Positions 11,451 through 20,909 of a stretch of 64,000 nt of DNA are shown here, in pieces. Position numbers and translations under genes: made by a program. Numbering within the stretch: position 1 is the first letter of the stretch; the number at the start of each line of letters is the position of its first letter. The notes under the pieces were generated by a model that searched no databases, was not told where the DNA came from, and saw only the letters and a program-made list of their open reading frames with translations. Source of the stretch: Pseudomonadota bacterium (GTDB taxonomy: Bacteria; Myxococcota; Myxococcia; Myxococcales; Vulgatibacteraceae); NCBI GenBank assembly GCA_003242475.2, contig QGUN02000003.1, positions 245 to 64,244 on the forward strand, given 5' to 3'.

Positions 11451-11567
11451 ATGAAGGTACGGGCATCGGTCAAGAAGATTTGCGAAAGCTGCAAGGTCAT
11501 TCGGCGCCGCGGCGTCGTCCGGGTCATTTGTTCGGCCAACCCGCGTCACAAGCAGCGCCAGGGCTGA
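11451..11567 (+). CDS. rpmJ: 50S ribosomal protein L36 (not in the supplied ORF track; below its length cutoff)
   Basis: Hand translation gives [38 protein letters not shown]-stop. GGAGCGAGCG lies upstream. Confidence 0.93.
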   Translation: MKVRASVKKICESCKVIRRRGVVRVICSANPRHKQRQG

Positions 11568-11596
11568 GCGCCGAAACCTGAGCATCGGAGGAGCAA

Positions 11597-11965
11597 GTGG
11601 CACGTATCGCCGGCGTGGATCTTCCGCGTGAAAAGCGGATCGTCATCGCCCTTCAGTACATCTACGGCATCGGCGACTTCACGGCCCGACAGATCTGCGA
11701 GAAGGCCGGGATCGACCAGTCGGTCCGCACCAAGGACCTCACCGAGGACCAGGTGCGGAGCATCCGCGAGGTGATCGAACGCGACTACAAGGTCGAGGGC
11801 GATCTCCGCCGCGAGGTCGCGATGAACATCAAGCGGCTGATGGACCTCGGCTGCTATCGCGGACTGCGTCACCGCAAGGGGCTGCCGGTGCGCGGACAGC
11901 GGACGCACACCAACGCCCGTACCCGCAAGGGCCCCAGGCGGACCATCGGCAAGCTGCGGAAGTGA
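11597..11965 (+). CDS. rpsM: 30S ribosomal protein S13
   Basis: GTG start. Product begins [26 protein letters not shown]. Confidence 0.96.
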   Translation: MARIAGVDLPREKRIVIALQYIYGIGDFTARQICEKAGIDQSVRTKDLTEDQVRSIREVIERDYKVEGDLRREVAMNIKRLMDLGCYRGLRHRKGLPVRGQRTHTNARTRKGPRRTIGKLRK

Positions 11966-12032
11966 CGGCAAGCTGGCGCGGGCCTCTCGGGGCGCCCGTC
12001 GCCGATCACCTCGTTTCGGGAGTGTTTGAGGG

Positions 12033-12419
12033 ATGGCCGAAGACAGGAAGGTCAAAAAGAAGGTCAAGAAGAACGTCCAGCAGGGCATCGTCCACATCAA
12101 CGCGACGTTCAACAACACGATCGTGACCGTCACGGACATGGCGGGGAACGTGATCTGCTGGTCGAGCGCCGGCGCCCGCGGTTTCCGTGGTTCGAGGAAG
12201 TCCACGCCGTTCGCGGCGCAGGTGGCGGCCGGGGACGCGGCGGCCAAGGCCATGGAGCACGGCATGCGCACCTGCTACGTGTACGTGAAGGGACCGGGTG
12301 CGGGCCGCGAATCCGCTCTCCGCGCCATCGGCGCCTCGGGCCTGAAGGTTACGCTCATCCGCGACGTGACTCCCATCCCGCACAACGGCTGCCGTCCGCC
12401 GAAGCGGCCGAGGGCATGA
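12033..12419 (+). CDS. rpsK: 30S ribosomal protein S11
   Basis: [22 protein letters not shown]...[10 protein letters not shown]. Confidence 0.96.
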   Translation: MAEDRKVKKKVKKNVQQGIVHINATFNNTIVTVTDMAGNVICWSSAGARGFRGSRKSTPFAAQVAAGDAAAKAMEHGMRTCYVYVKGPGAGRESALRAIGASGLKVTLIRDVTPIPHNGCRPPKRPRA

Positions 12420-12446
12420 GGCGCGCGTCCATCGAGGAGGTTTGAC

Positions 12447-13073
12447 GTGGCTCGCTACATCGGTCCGGTCTGCCGTCTTTGCAGGCGCGAAAATCTCAAG
12501 ATGTACCTCAAGGGGGATCGGTGCTACACCGACAAGTGCGCCATCGAGCGCCGTCCCTATCCCCCGGGGCAGCACGGCCAGAACCGGGTGAAGTTCTCGG
12601 AGTACGGCGTTCAGCTGCGGGAGAAGCAGAAGGTCAAGCGGATCTACGGCATCCTGGAGCGCCAGTTCCGGCTCTACTACGAGCGCGCCAGCCGGAAGAA
12701 GGGGAAGACGGGCGAGATCCTCCTGCAGCTCTTGGAGCAGAGGCTCGACAACGTCGTCTTCCGGATGGGCTTTGCCGATACCCGCGCCGAGGCCCGTCAG
12801 CTCGTTCGCCACTCGCACGTGACGGTCAACGGCCGGAAGGTGAACATTCCCTCGTACCAGGTGCGGGTGGGCGACCGGATCTCCATCCGGGAGAAGTCCC
12901 GGAAGATCGAGCGGATCCAGCAGGCTCTCGAGGCGGTGGACCGTCGCGGCGTCCCCTCCTGGCTGGAGGTGGACAAGGAGAAGTTCGAGGGCGTGGTCAA
13001 GGGCCTGCCCGTTCGCGAGGAGCTGACGCTCCCCATCCAGGAGCAGCTCATCGTCGAGCTCTACAGCAAGTGA
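12447..13073 (+). CDS. rpsD: 30S ribosomal protein S4
   Basis: [36 protein letters not shown], plus an S4 RNA-binding domain. Confidence 0.96.
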   Translation: MARYIGPVCRLCRRENLKMYLKGDRCYTDKCAIERRPYPPGQHGQNRVKFSEYGVQLREKQKVKRIYGILERQFRLYYERASRKKGKTGEILLQLLEQRLDNVVFRMGFADTRAEARQLVRHSHVTVNGRKVNIPSYQVRVGDRISIREKSRKIERIQQALEAVDRRGVPSWLEVDKEKFEGVVKGLPVREELTLPIQEQLIVELYSK

Positions 13074-13162
13074 GATCTCCCATTCGGGAATGGTTTGGAC
13101 CGTAGCCACCCGTGGTGCCCGGGCCCGACCCGGGCGTGGGGGGTGAGCGCGGAGGAAAGTCC

Positions 13163-14194
13163 ATGGCAGACGCCATCATCGCAAAGAACTGGCGGGATCT
13201 GATCAAGCCCCGCGGGATCCAGATCGACCAGGCCACGCTGAGCGCGACCTACGGAAAATTCGTGGCGGAACCGCTGGAGCGGGGCTTCGGCATCACCATC
13301 GGCAACTCGCTGCGCCGGATCCTCCTCTCGTCGCTGCAGGGCGCGGCGATCACGTCTGTGCGGATCGAGGGAGTCGAGCACGAGTTCTCCCACATCCCCG
13401 AGGTGACCGAGGACGTCTCCGACATCATCCTCAACCTCAAGGAAGTCCGCGTGAAGATGCACACCCTTGACCCCAAGACCCTCCGCCTGGACGTGGAGGG
13501 GCCGAAGGAGGTCAAGGCGGGCGACATCGTCACCGACCCCCAGGTGGAGATCCTCAACCCCGAGCAGCATATCGCCACCGTCGGACCCGGCGGCCGCCTG
13601 CGGATGGAGATGGTCTGCCGTCGCGGGCGCGGCTACGTCCCCGCGGAGGAGAACAAGAACAAGGGCGATCCGATCGGTACGATCGCCATCGACGCGCTCT
13701 TCTCGCCGATCAAGCGGGTCAACTACCAGGTGACCAACGCGCGCGTCGGTCAGGTCACGGACTACGACAAGCTGACCCTCGAGGTCTGGACCGACGGCTC
13801 GGTGCACCCCGCGGACGCGGTGGCCTTCGCCGCCAAGATCCTCAAGGAGCAGGTCTCGATCTTCATCAACTTCGACGAGACGGAGGAGGAGGCGGCGGAG
13901 CCGGAGCGCCAGGAGGCGGAGCAGCAGAAGTTCAACGAGAACCTGCTGCGCTCGGTCGACGAACTCGAGCTCTCCGTCCGCTCGGCCAACTGCCTCCAGA
14001 ACGCGAACATCCGGACCATCGCCGACCTGGTGCAGAAGACCGAGGCCGAGATGCTCAAGACCAAGAACTTCGGTCGGAAGAGCCTCAAGGAGATCAAGGA
14101 AGTCCTTGCCGAGATGGGGCTCTCGCTCGGCATGAAACTGGAAAACTGGCCTCCGAAGCAGCAGCAGGGAGGTACTTCGACCGGGAACCAGTGA
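13163..14194 (+). CDS. rpoA: DNA-directed RNA polymerase alpha subunit
   Basis: ATG at 13163 follows GGAGGA. Contains [29 protein letters not shown] and the CTD sequence [23 protein letters not shown]. Track ORF 13112.. is over-extended. Confidence 0.96.
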   Translation: MADAIIAKNWRDLIKPRGIQIDQATLSATYGKFVAEPLERGFGITIGNSLRRILLSSLQGAAITSVRIEGVEHEFSHIPEVTEDVSDIILNLKEVRVKMHTLDPKTLRLDVEGPKEVKAGDIVTDPQVEILNPEQHIATVGPGGRLRMEMVCRRGRGYVPAEENKNKGDPIGTIAIDALFSPIKRVNYQVTNARVGQVTDYDKLTLEVWTDGSVHPADAVAFAAKILKEQVSIFINFDETEEEAAEPERQEAEQQKFNENLLRSVDELELSVRSANCLQNANIRTIADLVQKTEAEMLKTKNFGRKSLKEIKEVLAEMGLSLGMKLENWPPKQQQGGTSTGNQ

Positions 14195-14233
14195 GTCCGA
14201 GTTCGAGCTCCCGGCTCGGAGACGGAGTGGAAG

Positions 14234-14638
14234 ATGCGTCACAAGATTGCCGGCCGTAAGCTGTCGAGGACCTCGGCCCACCGCGAGGCGCTGATCGAGA
14301 ACCTCGTGACCTCTCTCTTTCGTCACGAGCGGATCCGCACCACGGTTGCCAAGGCCAAGGAGGCACGTAGGGCGGCCGAGAAGATGATCACGCTGGCCAA
14401 GAAGAACAGCCTGCACGCGCGGAGGCTGGCGAGCGCCACCGTCCGGGACAAGGAGGTCCTTCGCAAGCTCTTTGGTCCCCTCGCCGAGCGCTTCGCGGAT
14501 CGGCCCGGCGGCTACACCCGGATCGTTCGGGCGGGACGCCGCGCCGGCGACGCGGCCGAGATGGCCTACCTCGAGCTGGTGGATGCGCCCGAGCCCGTGA
14601 CCAAGGCCGGGACGGAAGAGGAGCCGGCCTCCGAGTAA
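14234..14638 (+). CDS. rplQ: 50S ribosomal protein L17
   Basis: [20 protein letters not shown]...GGYTRIV. Confidence 0.96.
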   Translation: MRHKIAGRKLSRTSAHREALIENLVTSLFRHERIRTTVAKAKEARRAAEKMITLAKKNSLHARRLASATVRDKEVLRKLFGPLAERFADRPGGYTRIVRAGRRAGDAAEMAYLELVDAPEPVTKAGTEEEPASE

Positions 14639-14668
14639 GTCCGTCCGAATGCACGCCAGCAGGGCCGA

Positions 14669-14708
14669 CGAGCCCACTCCCAGAACAGGGGGTGGGCTCG
14701 TTCGTTTG
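14669..14708 (+). terminator. Rho-independent terminator closing the alpha operon
   Basis: CGAGCCCAC(T)CCC at 14669-14681 pairs with GGG(G)GTGGGCTCG at 14688-14700. TTCGTTTGT follows. Confidence 0.7.
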
Positions 14709-14749
14709 TGGTGATTGCGATAACATGGCGGTGAGCGCGAGGTGGTGCG

Positions 14750-16930
14750 ATGGTCCGACTCCGAATCGCCGCCATGCTGGCTCTCGTTTCGCTCGCGTGG
14801 CTGGGGGGCTGCGCGGAGGAGCGGGTCCTTCCCCACGGGGTCGTCGTCAGCGCGTCACCTCGCGAGCTCGATTTCGGCACGGTACCGGTGGGTTCGTCGC
14901 GTCGCCTGGCCCTGATCCTGGAGAACACGAGCCGGAGGACGGTGACGCTACAGCCGAATCGGATTCCTCTCGACGTCTCGGTGGAGCCACGCGTCGCACG
15001 CGTCCCCGCCAGTGGACGCGTGCGGGTGGAGGTGACCTTCCGCCCGAGGAGCGAAAGGGCGCTCGAGGATCTCCTCCGCTTCGAGGAGGGCGAACTCGGC
15101 GTGGAGGTGGGGCTGCGGGGTGTGGCGGTCGCCCGTCTGATCGAGGTGGAGGAGTCGGTCGATTTCGGCGGCGTCCGCGTGGGCGACGAAAAAACGCATC
15201 ATCTCGTCATCCGGAACCGGACCGAGGAGCGCCTCCACGTGATCGTGGGGGTCGGGGCGAGCGGCGCGTTCGAGAACTTCCGCTTCGAGCCCGCCGAGAT
15301 CGGCCTGGAGCCCGGCGGCTCGACGCAGTACGCGATCACCTACCGGCCGCGAGGGGAGGGGCGGCACGACGCGTCGCTGGACGTCATCGCCGCCGGGGCC
15401 GAGAGGAGGACACTCCACCTCCTGGGCCACGGCCGCAGGGCCCTCGTCTCGGTGAGCCCGGCGCCCATCCTCTTCGACCAGGTGCTGCCGGGCGAGATGA
15501 ACGAGATCCAGGTCGTCGTCACGAACGTCGGCGAGGTGCCGACGGGGCCGATGCGCATCGTCGTCGACGACGTTCGTTTTCCCCGGGACCGCGGGGAGCT
15601 TGCCTCGCTCGAACCCGGGGAGACCGATGGTTTCGCCATCCGCCATCTCGCCAGCCAATCCGACCCGGTGATCGAAACCGAGCTTCGCCTCGTGGCCGAG
15701 GACGACTCGGTGCTCGTCACGGTTCCGGTCGTCGCCCGGATCAAGGGGGCCCATCTCCTTCCCTCGGAGCCCGTCTTCGCCATCGCGCCGGTCGGCTGGA
15801 CGGGGGAAATGCCCTACCTCAGTCGGCTCGAGCTCCGGGACGTGGGGCTCGAACCGGGGGCCGAGATCGCGGCGTGGATGGAGGGCCCGGATGCGGCGAA
15901 TTTTCGCATCTGGGCCGAGGGAGACGGACGCTCCCAGGGAAAGGTTCCCACGGCCTTCCTCGTCGCCTTCAACCCCATCCGGTTTGGCGACCACCAGGCC
16001 TCCATCGTGCTCAGGGTCGATCTGGAGGAGGTCGAGGTGCCCATCCACGGATGGGGAAATTTGCCGGTGGCGGAATGCTCGACGATCGCGAATCGGATCC
16101 CCGTCCTGACCAACCTCCAGCTGAATGGGCGAGACGGAAGCCGGCTGGGCGACGCGGCCTGCGAGTGGTCGCTGGTGAAAGCCCCGGGCTACCTGACGGA
16201 TACGCCCCTCCCGCAGGGCTGCACGGTGTCGTATCGGCCCCTCCTCGTCGGCGACTACGTTTTCGAGCTGAAGGTGACCGACGTCGTCGGAAACTACGAC
16301 CGCTGCCAGGTCTCTTTCGAGGCGACTCCGGAACCCGACCTCTGGGTGGAGACCTTCTGGGACCAGCCGAGCGACGTCGACCTCTACCTTCTGAACCTGG
16401 CGATGGCGGATCCCGAGATGCCGGAGGACTGGTGGTCGATCTTTGCAGCCTGCTACTACTACAACTGCCAGGAGAAGTCCGGGCCGCTACCCTGGGGACC
16501 GGATCCGACCAACTCGCCCGTCCTGAACCACGACGACACCAGGAATCGTGGCCCCGAGAACATCAAGATCGAGGACGTGCCGGTAGGAGCGGAGTACGCG
16601 TTCGGCGTCCACTGGTTCAATAGCCGAGCCAAGCCTTCCAACCGCGCGACGGTCAGCGTCTATTGCTACGGGGAGAAGATGGCCGAGCTCCAGGTCGACT
16701 TCCGCGAACAATGGGAGTTTCACCGCCTCGGCACGATCTCCTTCCCAGGGTCGCGCCGCTGCCAGGTCGACATCGCCCCGGTGGTCTGGGAGCGCTTCTA
16801 TCCGGGAGGCCTGCCTCCCGAGGAACCCGAGGAGTCGAGCGAATCGCAACTCAGCGCGCGTCGGCCCGGGCGCGTTCGAGGGCCTCGACCATTTCCCGGT
16901 AGTACCGGTCCTCGCCCGCCCAGCCGATGA
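14750..16930 (+). CDS. Large secreted lipoprotein: repeated beta-sandwich modules plus a Cys-rich C-terminal domain
   Basis: Lipobox LGGC follows a hydrophobic N-terminus. At least four modules carry a DFG-x-V-x-VG type signature (ELDFGTVPVGSS, SVDFGGVRVGDE, ILFDQVLPGEM, FAIAPVGWTGEM), as in PapD/ASH-like folds. The C-terminus has SDVDLYLL...NHDDTRNRGPENIKIED...YAFGVHWF. The last 80 nt overlap the convergent gene. Confidence 0.7.
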   Translation: MVRLRIAAMLALVSLAWLGGCAEERVLPHGVVVSASPRELDFGTVPVGSSRRLALILENTSRRTVTLQPNRIPLDVSVEPRVARVPASGRVRVEVTFRPRSERALEDLLRFEEGELGVEVGLRGVAVARLIEVEESVDFGGVRVGDEKTHHLVIRNRTEERLHVIVGVGASGAFENFRFEPAEIGLEPGGSTQYAITYRPRGEGRHDASLDVIAAGAERRTLHLLGHGRRALVSVSPAPILFDQVLPGEMNEIQVVVTNVGEVPTGPMRIVVDDVRFPRDRGELASLEPGETDGFAIRHLASQSDPVIETELRLVAEDDSVLVTVPVVARIKGAHLLPSEPVFAIAPVGWTGEMPYLSRLELRDVGLEPGAEIAAWMEGPDAANFRIWAEGDGRSQGKVPTAFLVAFNPIRFGDHQASIVLRVDLEEVEVPIHGWGNLPVAECSTIANRIPVLTNLQLNGRDGSRLGDAACEWSLVKAPGYLTDTPLPQGCTVSYRPLLVGDYVFELKVTDVVGNYDRCQVSFEATPEPDLWVETFWDQPSDVDLYLLNLAMADPEMPEDWWSIFAACYYYNCQEKSGPLPWGPDPTNSPVLNHDDTRNRGPENIKIEDVPVGAEYAFGVHWFNSRAKPSNRATVSVYCYGEKMAELQVDFREQWEFHRLGTISFPGSRRCQVDIAPVVWERFYPGGLPPEEPEESSESQLSARRPGRVRGPRPFPGSTGPRPPSR

Positions 16931-17342
16931 GGACGTACGTGGCCCTGCGGTCGCGGTCCACCACGAGGAAGGTTGGCCAGTAGCGCATGGCCACCAGCTC
17001 GGCCCACGCGCGGGCATCGCGGTGGACGTAGATGCCCTCCGTTCCGTGGGGAAGGCCGAGCTCGTCGAGCACGCGTTCGGGATGGCCTTCCGCCTCGTCG
17101 GCCGGGAATTCGGGCACGTGCAAGGCCACCAGGGGGATGTCGAGCCTCCTGGCCACGGGCGCCAGGCCGACCAGTCCCTTCTTGCAGTACCAGCAGGTGG
17201 CACCCCACATGGCCACGAGCCACGGTGGCTCGGGGGGGCGATCGGTCAGCCAGCCGCCGGCTGGTCCGGGTTTCTCGGGGAGGGGAGGGAGAAGGCGAGG
17301 AGGATCGAGAGGACCGCCCCGTCGAAAGTCGAGTAGTTCCAT
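16851..17342 (-). CDS. Thioredoxin-fold (TlpA/redoxin-like) protein with a CxxC motif
   Basis: ATG at 17342 gives MELLDFRRGG...WLVAMWGATCWYCKKGL...YWPTFLVVDRD. The rest of track ORF 16851..17891 runs through the tRNA and is spurious. Confidence 0.55.
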   Translation of the reverse strand: MELLDFRRGGPLDPPRLLPPLPEKPGPAGGWLTDRPPEPPWLVAMWGATCWYCKKGLVGLAPVARRLDIPLVALHVPEFPADEAEGHPERVLDELGLPHGTEGIYVHRDARAWAELVAMRYWPTFLVVDRDRRATYVLIGWAGEDRYYREMVEALERARADAR

Positions 17343-17420
17343 GCGTGGAACATAGCGGGGCCGATCGACGTTGGCACCTTGACGGGGCGATCCGGAACCG
17401 CTACAAACGCCGGGCCTTCT

Positions 17421-17495
<75 letters not shown>

Positions 17496-17515
17496 GAGAT
17501 CGCCCGCTTTAATGG

Positions 17516-17549
17516 CCCCGGCAGGCAGGTGCCTGCCGGGGCTTTTTTC
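17516..17549 (+). terminator. Rho-independent terminator after tRNA-Cys
   Basis: CCCCGGCAGGC-AGGT-GCCTGCCGGGG followed by CTTTTTTC. Confidence 0.85.
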
Positions 17550-17557
17550 GCAAGTCG

Positions 17558-18523
17558 GTGGAACTTTCGGAAGCACTCCCCCTGGTCCTCGGCTCCTACC
17601 TCGCCTTCGACGCGGTGGGCCGGCGGGTCCGGCTCGCCCTGGGAAACGCCCGCGGAGCCGGGGAGCGCGCCTTCCGTGTCTTTCATCATCGCGCCCTGGC
17701 GGAGGAGCGGCTCTGCGCGCCCGCCGAAACGAGCGGGCCGTCGGCGCTGCGGCCGCCCCATTCCGACAGGCTCGGGCCTTTCCCGCCGAGCTGGGCGAGG
17801 AGCGTCTTGTTCTTGCGCCAGCCGCCGCGTCTCGGGCAGGCGCGCGACCTCCTCCTCGCAGGGGCGGCGTCCCACGCGGCACGACTGGCACGGGCGGAGG
17901 ATCCGGAGCGGCTGGAGGAGCTCTTCACCTGGGCCGTCCTGATCCGGATCTGGGCGGACCAGCTCGACGCGGCCTCGGAGATCGCCCACGCGCTGGGGGA
18001 TGTGGTGGAGGATCCGGCGCCGGCGCACCGCCTCCTCGGCTGGATCGAGGCGAGGAGGGCGGAGGAGGGCCGCGGCCCGGAAGCGGTGGCCCGGGCGCTG
18101 GCCCACCTGGACCGGGTCGGAGAGCCGCTGCTCGAAACCCCGGCCTGGGCGGCCTTCCCCGCCCATCTCGCCCTCGTACGGCGGTCGTGGCTGCGGCTGG
18201 AGCTGGACCTTCTCGACTTTCGGCGGCGTCTGCGCGCCGTGGAGAGCCGGCATCCGCAGAGCCCCTTCGTCCATCTGCTCCGCGCGCACCGGGCGGCGGC
18301 GCTGGGCGACGTCGCCCAGGCCAGCGATCACCTCGCCCGCGCCCTCTACCACGGCCGCCGCGACCCCTACTTCGCCGGGCCCGTTCTCGGCCTGAGGGGA
18401 CTGGAGACGCTGCGGCCGGCGCTGTTGGGCCAGGCGCGGGCCGTACTGGCGGAGTCGAAGATTGACACCCGGGAAGCGGGGGTCCTAGAGTCGGGGCCTT
18501 CGGATCGGGGCCCGATCGCATGA
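17558..18523 (+). CDS. Hypothetical helical protein, translationally coupled to the PP2C gene
   Basis: GTG start. GC3-rich codon usage throughout. Its stop overlaps the next start (ATGA at 18520-18523). I recognise no family. Confidence 0.5.
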   Translation: MELSEALPLVLGSYLAFDAVGRRVRLALGNARGAGERAFRVFHHRALAEERLCAPAETSGPSALRPPHSDRLGPFPPSWARSVLFLRQPPRLGQARDLLLAGAASHAARLARAEDPERLEELFTWAVLIRIWADQLDAASEIAHALGDVVEDPAPAHRLLGWIEARRAEEGRGPEAVARALAHLDRVGEPLLETPAWAAFPAHLALVRRSWLRLELDLLDFRRRLRAVESRHPQSPFVHLLRAHRAAALGDVAQASDHLARALYHGRRDPYFAGPVLGLRGLETLRPALLGQARAVLAESKIDTREAGVLESGPSDRGPIA

Positions 18524-19767
18524 ACGTCGCTGCCTATGCCCTGACGGACGTCGGTCGCCGGCGCACGGAGAACGAGGACGGCTTTCTCGTCGACGAGGAG
18601 GTCGGCCTTTTTGCCGTCTGCGACGGGATGGGAGGGCACGCGGCCGGAGAGATCGCCTCGTCGCTCGCCCTCGAGATCCTGCGCAAGGAGGTGCGCAGCA
18701 ACACGCGCATCCTGCGCGCGCTCGCGGCGGACGCCACCGGCGCCCACCGCGCCGCCGCCGTGGAGCTGATGGAGCGCGCGGTGCAGCGCGCCTGCCGCGA
18801 GATCTACCGCCTCGCCCAGAGCGATCCCAGCAAGCGGGGCATGGGGACGACGTGCGCGGCCCTCCTCATCGCCGGCGGCAAGGGCGTGATCGCTCACGTC
18901 GGCGACTCGCGCATCTATCTTCTGCGCCACGGCCAGCTTCACCGGCTCACCGAGGACCACACTCTGGTCCAGACCCAGCTCAAGCAGGGCGTGATCACGC
19001 CGGACGAGGCGGAGAATTCCCCCTTCCGCAACGTGATCACCCGGGCGGTGGGCATCCAGGAGTCGGTGCAGGTCGATACGCTGCTCACCGACATCCTCCC
19101 CGGCGACCTCTTCTTGCTCTGCTCCGACGGACTGCACGGCTATTTCCGCGACGCGGAGGTGCAGAAGCTCCTGGCGACCGTATCGCCCGAGGCGCTGCCG
19201 CGAACGCTGGTGGACCTGGCCAACGAACGTGGAGGCCGCGACAACATCACCGTGGTCGTGGTCCGCGCCGGGGGCGCGATGGACCCGGCGCGCGTGAGCG
19301 AGGCCGAGGCCCGCCTCGCGGCGATCCAGCGGATCCCCCTCTTTCGCCACCTGACCTACAAGGAACAGATGGCGGTCCTCGCCATCGCCCATACCCGCAG
19401 CTGGGAGGCGGGGCAGATCATCGTCGAGGAGGGCCAGCTCGGGGACCAGCTCTTCATCCTCGTCCGCGGGCGGGTGGCCATCGAGACGGAGGGGATGAAG
19501 CTGGCCGAGCTCAAACCGGGCGCCCACTTCGGCGAGATGGGGCTGATCGAGCACGCGCCTCGCTTCGCCACCGTTCGGGCGCTGACGCCGGTCAGCTGCG
19601 TGGTCCTCGGCCGGACCGAACTTCTGGCCTTGATGCGCCGCGAGCCCGTCCTGGCGGTCAAGCTCCTCTGGAGCCTGGTCCAGGCGCTCTCCGAGCGGCT
19701 CCGTTCCTCCAACGCGGGCATGGCGATGCGCAGAAACCGCAAGGAGGAGCCCTTCGTTGACTCCTGA
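18520..19767 (+). CDS. PP2C-family Ser/Thr phosphatase fused to a cyclic-nucleotide-binding domain
   Basis: The N-terminus reads TDVGRRRTENEDGF...FAVCDGMGGHAAGEIAS...GGRDNITVVVV. The C-terminus reads IPLFRHLTYKE...GDQLFILVRGRV...GAHFGEMGLIEHAPRFATVRA, a CAP/cNMP fold. Confidence 0.85.
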   Translation: MNVAAYALTDVGRRRTENEDGFLVDEEVGLFAVCDGMGGHAAGEIASSLALEILRKEVRSNTRILRALAADATGAHRAAAVELMERAVQRACREIYRLAQSDPSKRGMGTTCAALLIAGGKGVIAHVGDSRIYLLRHGQLHRLTEDHTLVQTQLKQGVITPDEAENSPFRNVITRAVGIQESVQVDTLLTDILPGDLFLLCSDGLHGYFRDAEVQKLLATVSPEALPRTLVDLANERGGRDNITVVVVRAGGAMDPARVSEAEARLAAIQRIPLFRHLTYKEQMAVLAIAHTRSWEAGQIIVEEGQLGDQLFILVRGRVAIETEGMKLAELKPGAHFGEMGLIEHAPRFATVRALTPVSCVVLGRTELLALMRREPVLAVKLLWSLVQALSERLRSSNAGMAMRRNRKEEPFVDS

Positions 19768-20842
19768 AAAGATCCCCGTCGGAGTGGTCGGCGCCACCGG
19801 GCTGGCCGGCCAGCAGCTCCTTCTCGCCCTCGCCGACCATCCTCGCTTCGAGGTGCGCCGGCTCGCCGCCAGCGCCCGCAGCGCCGGGAAAGCCTACGCG
19901 GAGGCCCTGCGGGCGGAAGGCGGCGGATCGCGCTGGACGGCCTCCCCGCATCCGCCCGCCGCCTTCGCCGGCCTGACCGTGGAGGACGCCGCGAGCTTCG
20001 ATCCCGAGGGCCTCGGCCTCGTCTTCTCCGCCGTGGACGGCGACGCGGCGCGGCCGCTGGAAGAGCGGCTCGCCCGGCTCGTCCCGGTCGTCTCCACCAC
20101 CAGCGCCTTTCGCTACGACGAAGACGTTCCCCTCGTCATCCCGCCGGTGAACCCCGACCACGCCGACCTTCTCGAGTTCCAGCGCCGGCGCCGCGGCTGG
20201 AAAGGCTTCGTCGCACCGATCCCGAACTGCACGACGACCGGCCTGGCCACCACGCTCGCCCCGCTCGATCGCGCCTTCGGGGTGAAGCGGGTCTGGATGA
20301 CCTCCCTGCAGGCGGTCTCCGGCGCAGGGCGCTCCCCGGGCGTGGTGGCCCTGGACGTGGTGGACAACGTCGTCCCCTACATCCCGCGCGAGGAGGAGAA
20401 GGTCGAGCGCGAGACGCGAAAGATCCTCGGCCGCCTCGCGGAAGGGCGGGTCGCCGAGCACGCCATGGGGATCTCCTGCACCTGCACCCGCGTTTCCGTC
20501 CTCGAGGGCCATACCGAGAGTGTCTTCGTCGAGCTCGAGCGTCCGGCCTCGCCCGGCGAGGTGGCGGAGGCGATGCAAAGCTGGCGTGGCGCCGCGGAGG
20601 GATTCGACCTCCCGTCGGCGCCGAAGCGGTGGATCGAGGTGCACGACGACCCCTACCGGCCGCAGCCCCGCCTCGACCGCGAGGCAGGCGGAGGGATGAC
20701 GACCTCCGTGGGGCGGATCCGCGCGGAGCGGCTCTTCGATTCCGGCGTCAAATACGTGCTCGTCTCGCACAACACCAAGGCGGGCGCGGGCAAGGGGGCG
20801 GTCCTTCTGGCCGAACTCCTCCTCGCTCGCGGTCAGATTTGA
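19757..20842 (+). CDS. asd: Aspartate-semialdehyde dehydrogenase
   Basis: VGVVGATGLAGQQLL Rossmann motif, active-site IPNCTTTGL, and SHNTKAGAGKGAVL. TTG start overlaps the preceding gene by 11 nt. Confidence 0.8.
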   Translation: MTPEKIPVGVVGATGLAGQQLLLALADHPRFEVRRLAASARSAGKAYAEALRAEGGGSRWTASPHPPAAFAGLTVEDAASFDPEGLGLVFSAVDGDAARPLEERLARLVPVVSTTSAFRYDEDVPLVIPPVNPDHADLLEFQRRRRGWKGFVAPIPNCTTTGLATTLAPLDRAFGVKRVWMTSLQAVSGAGRSPGVVALDVVDNVVPYIPREEEKVERETRKILGRLAEGRVAEHAMGISCTCTRVSVLEGHTESVFVELERPASPGEVAEAMQSWRGAAEGFDLPSAPKRWIEVHDDPYRPQPRLDREAGGGMTTSVGRIRAERLFDSGVKYVLVSHNTKAGAGKGAVLLAELLLARGQI

Positions 20843-20909
20843 TGATTTTTTGGATTATCGTCCCGCCCGGTGGTAGGGCATTGTCCGAACCAAACGCCGG
20901 AGTTGGCCC

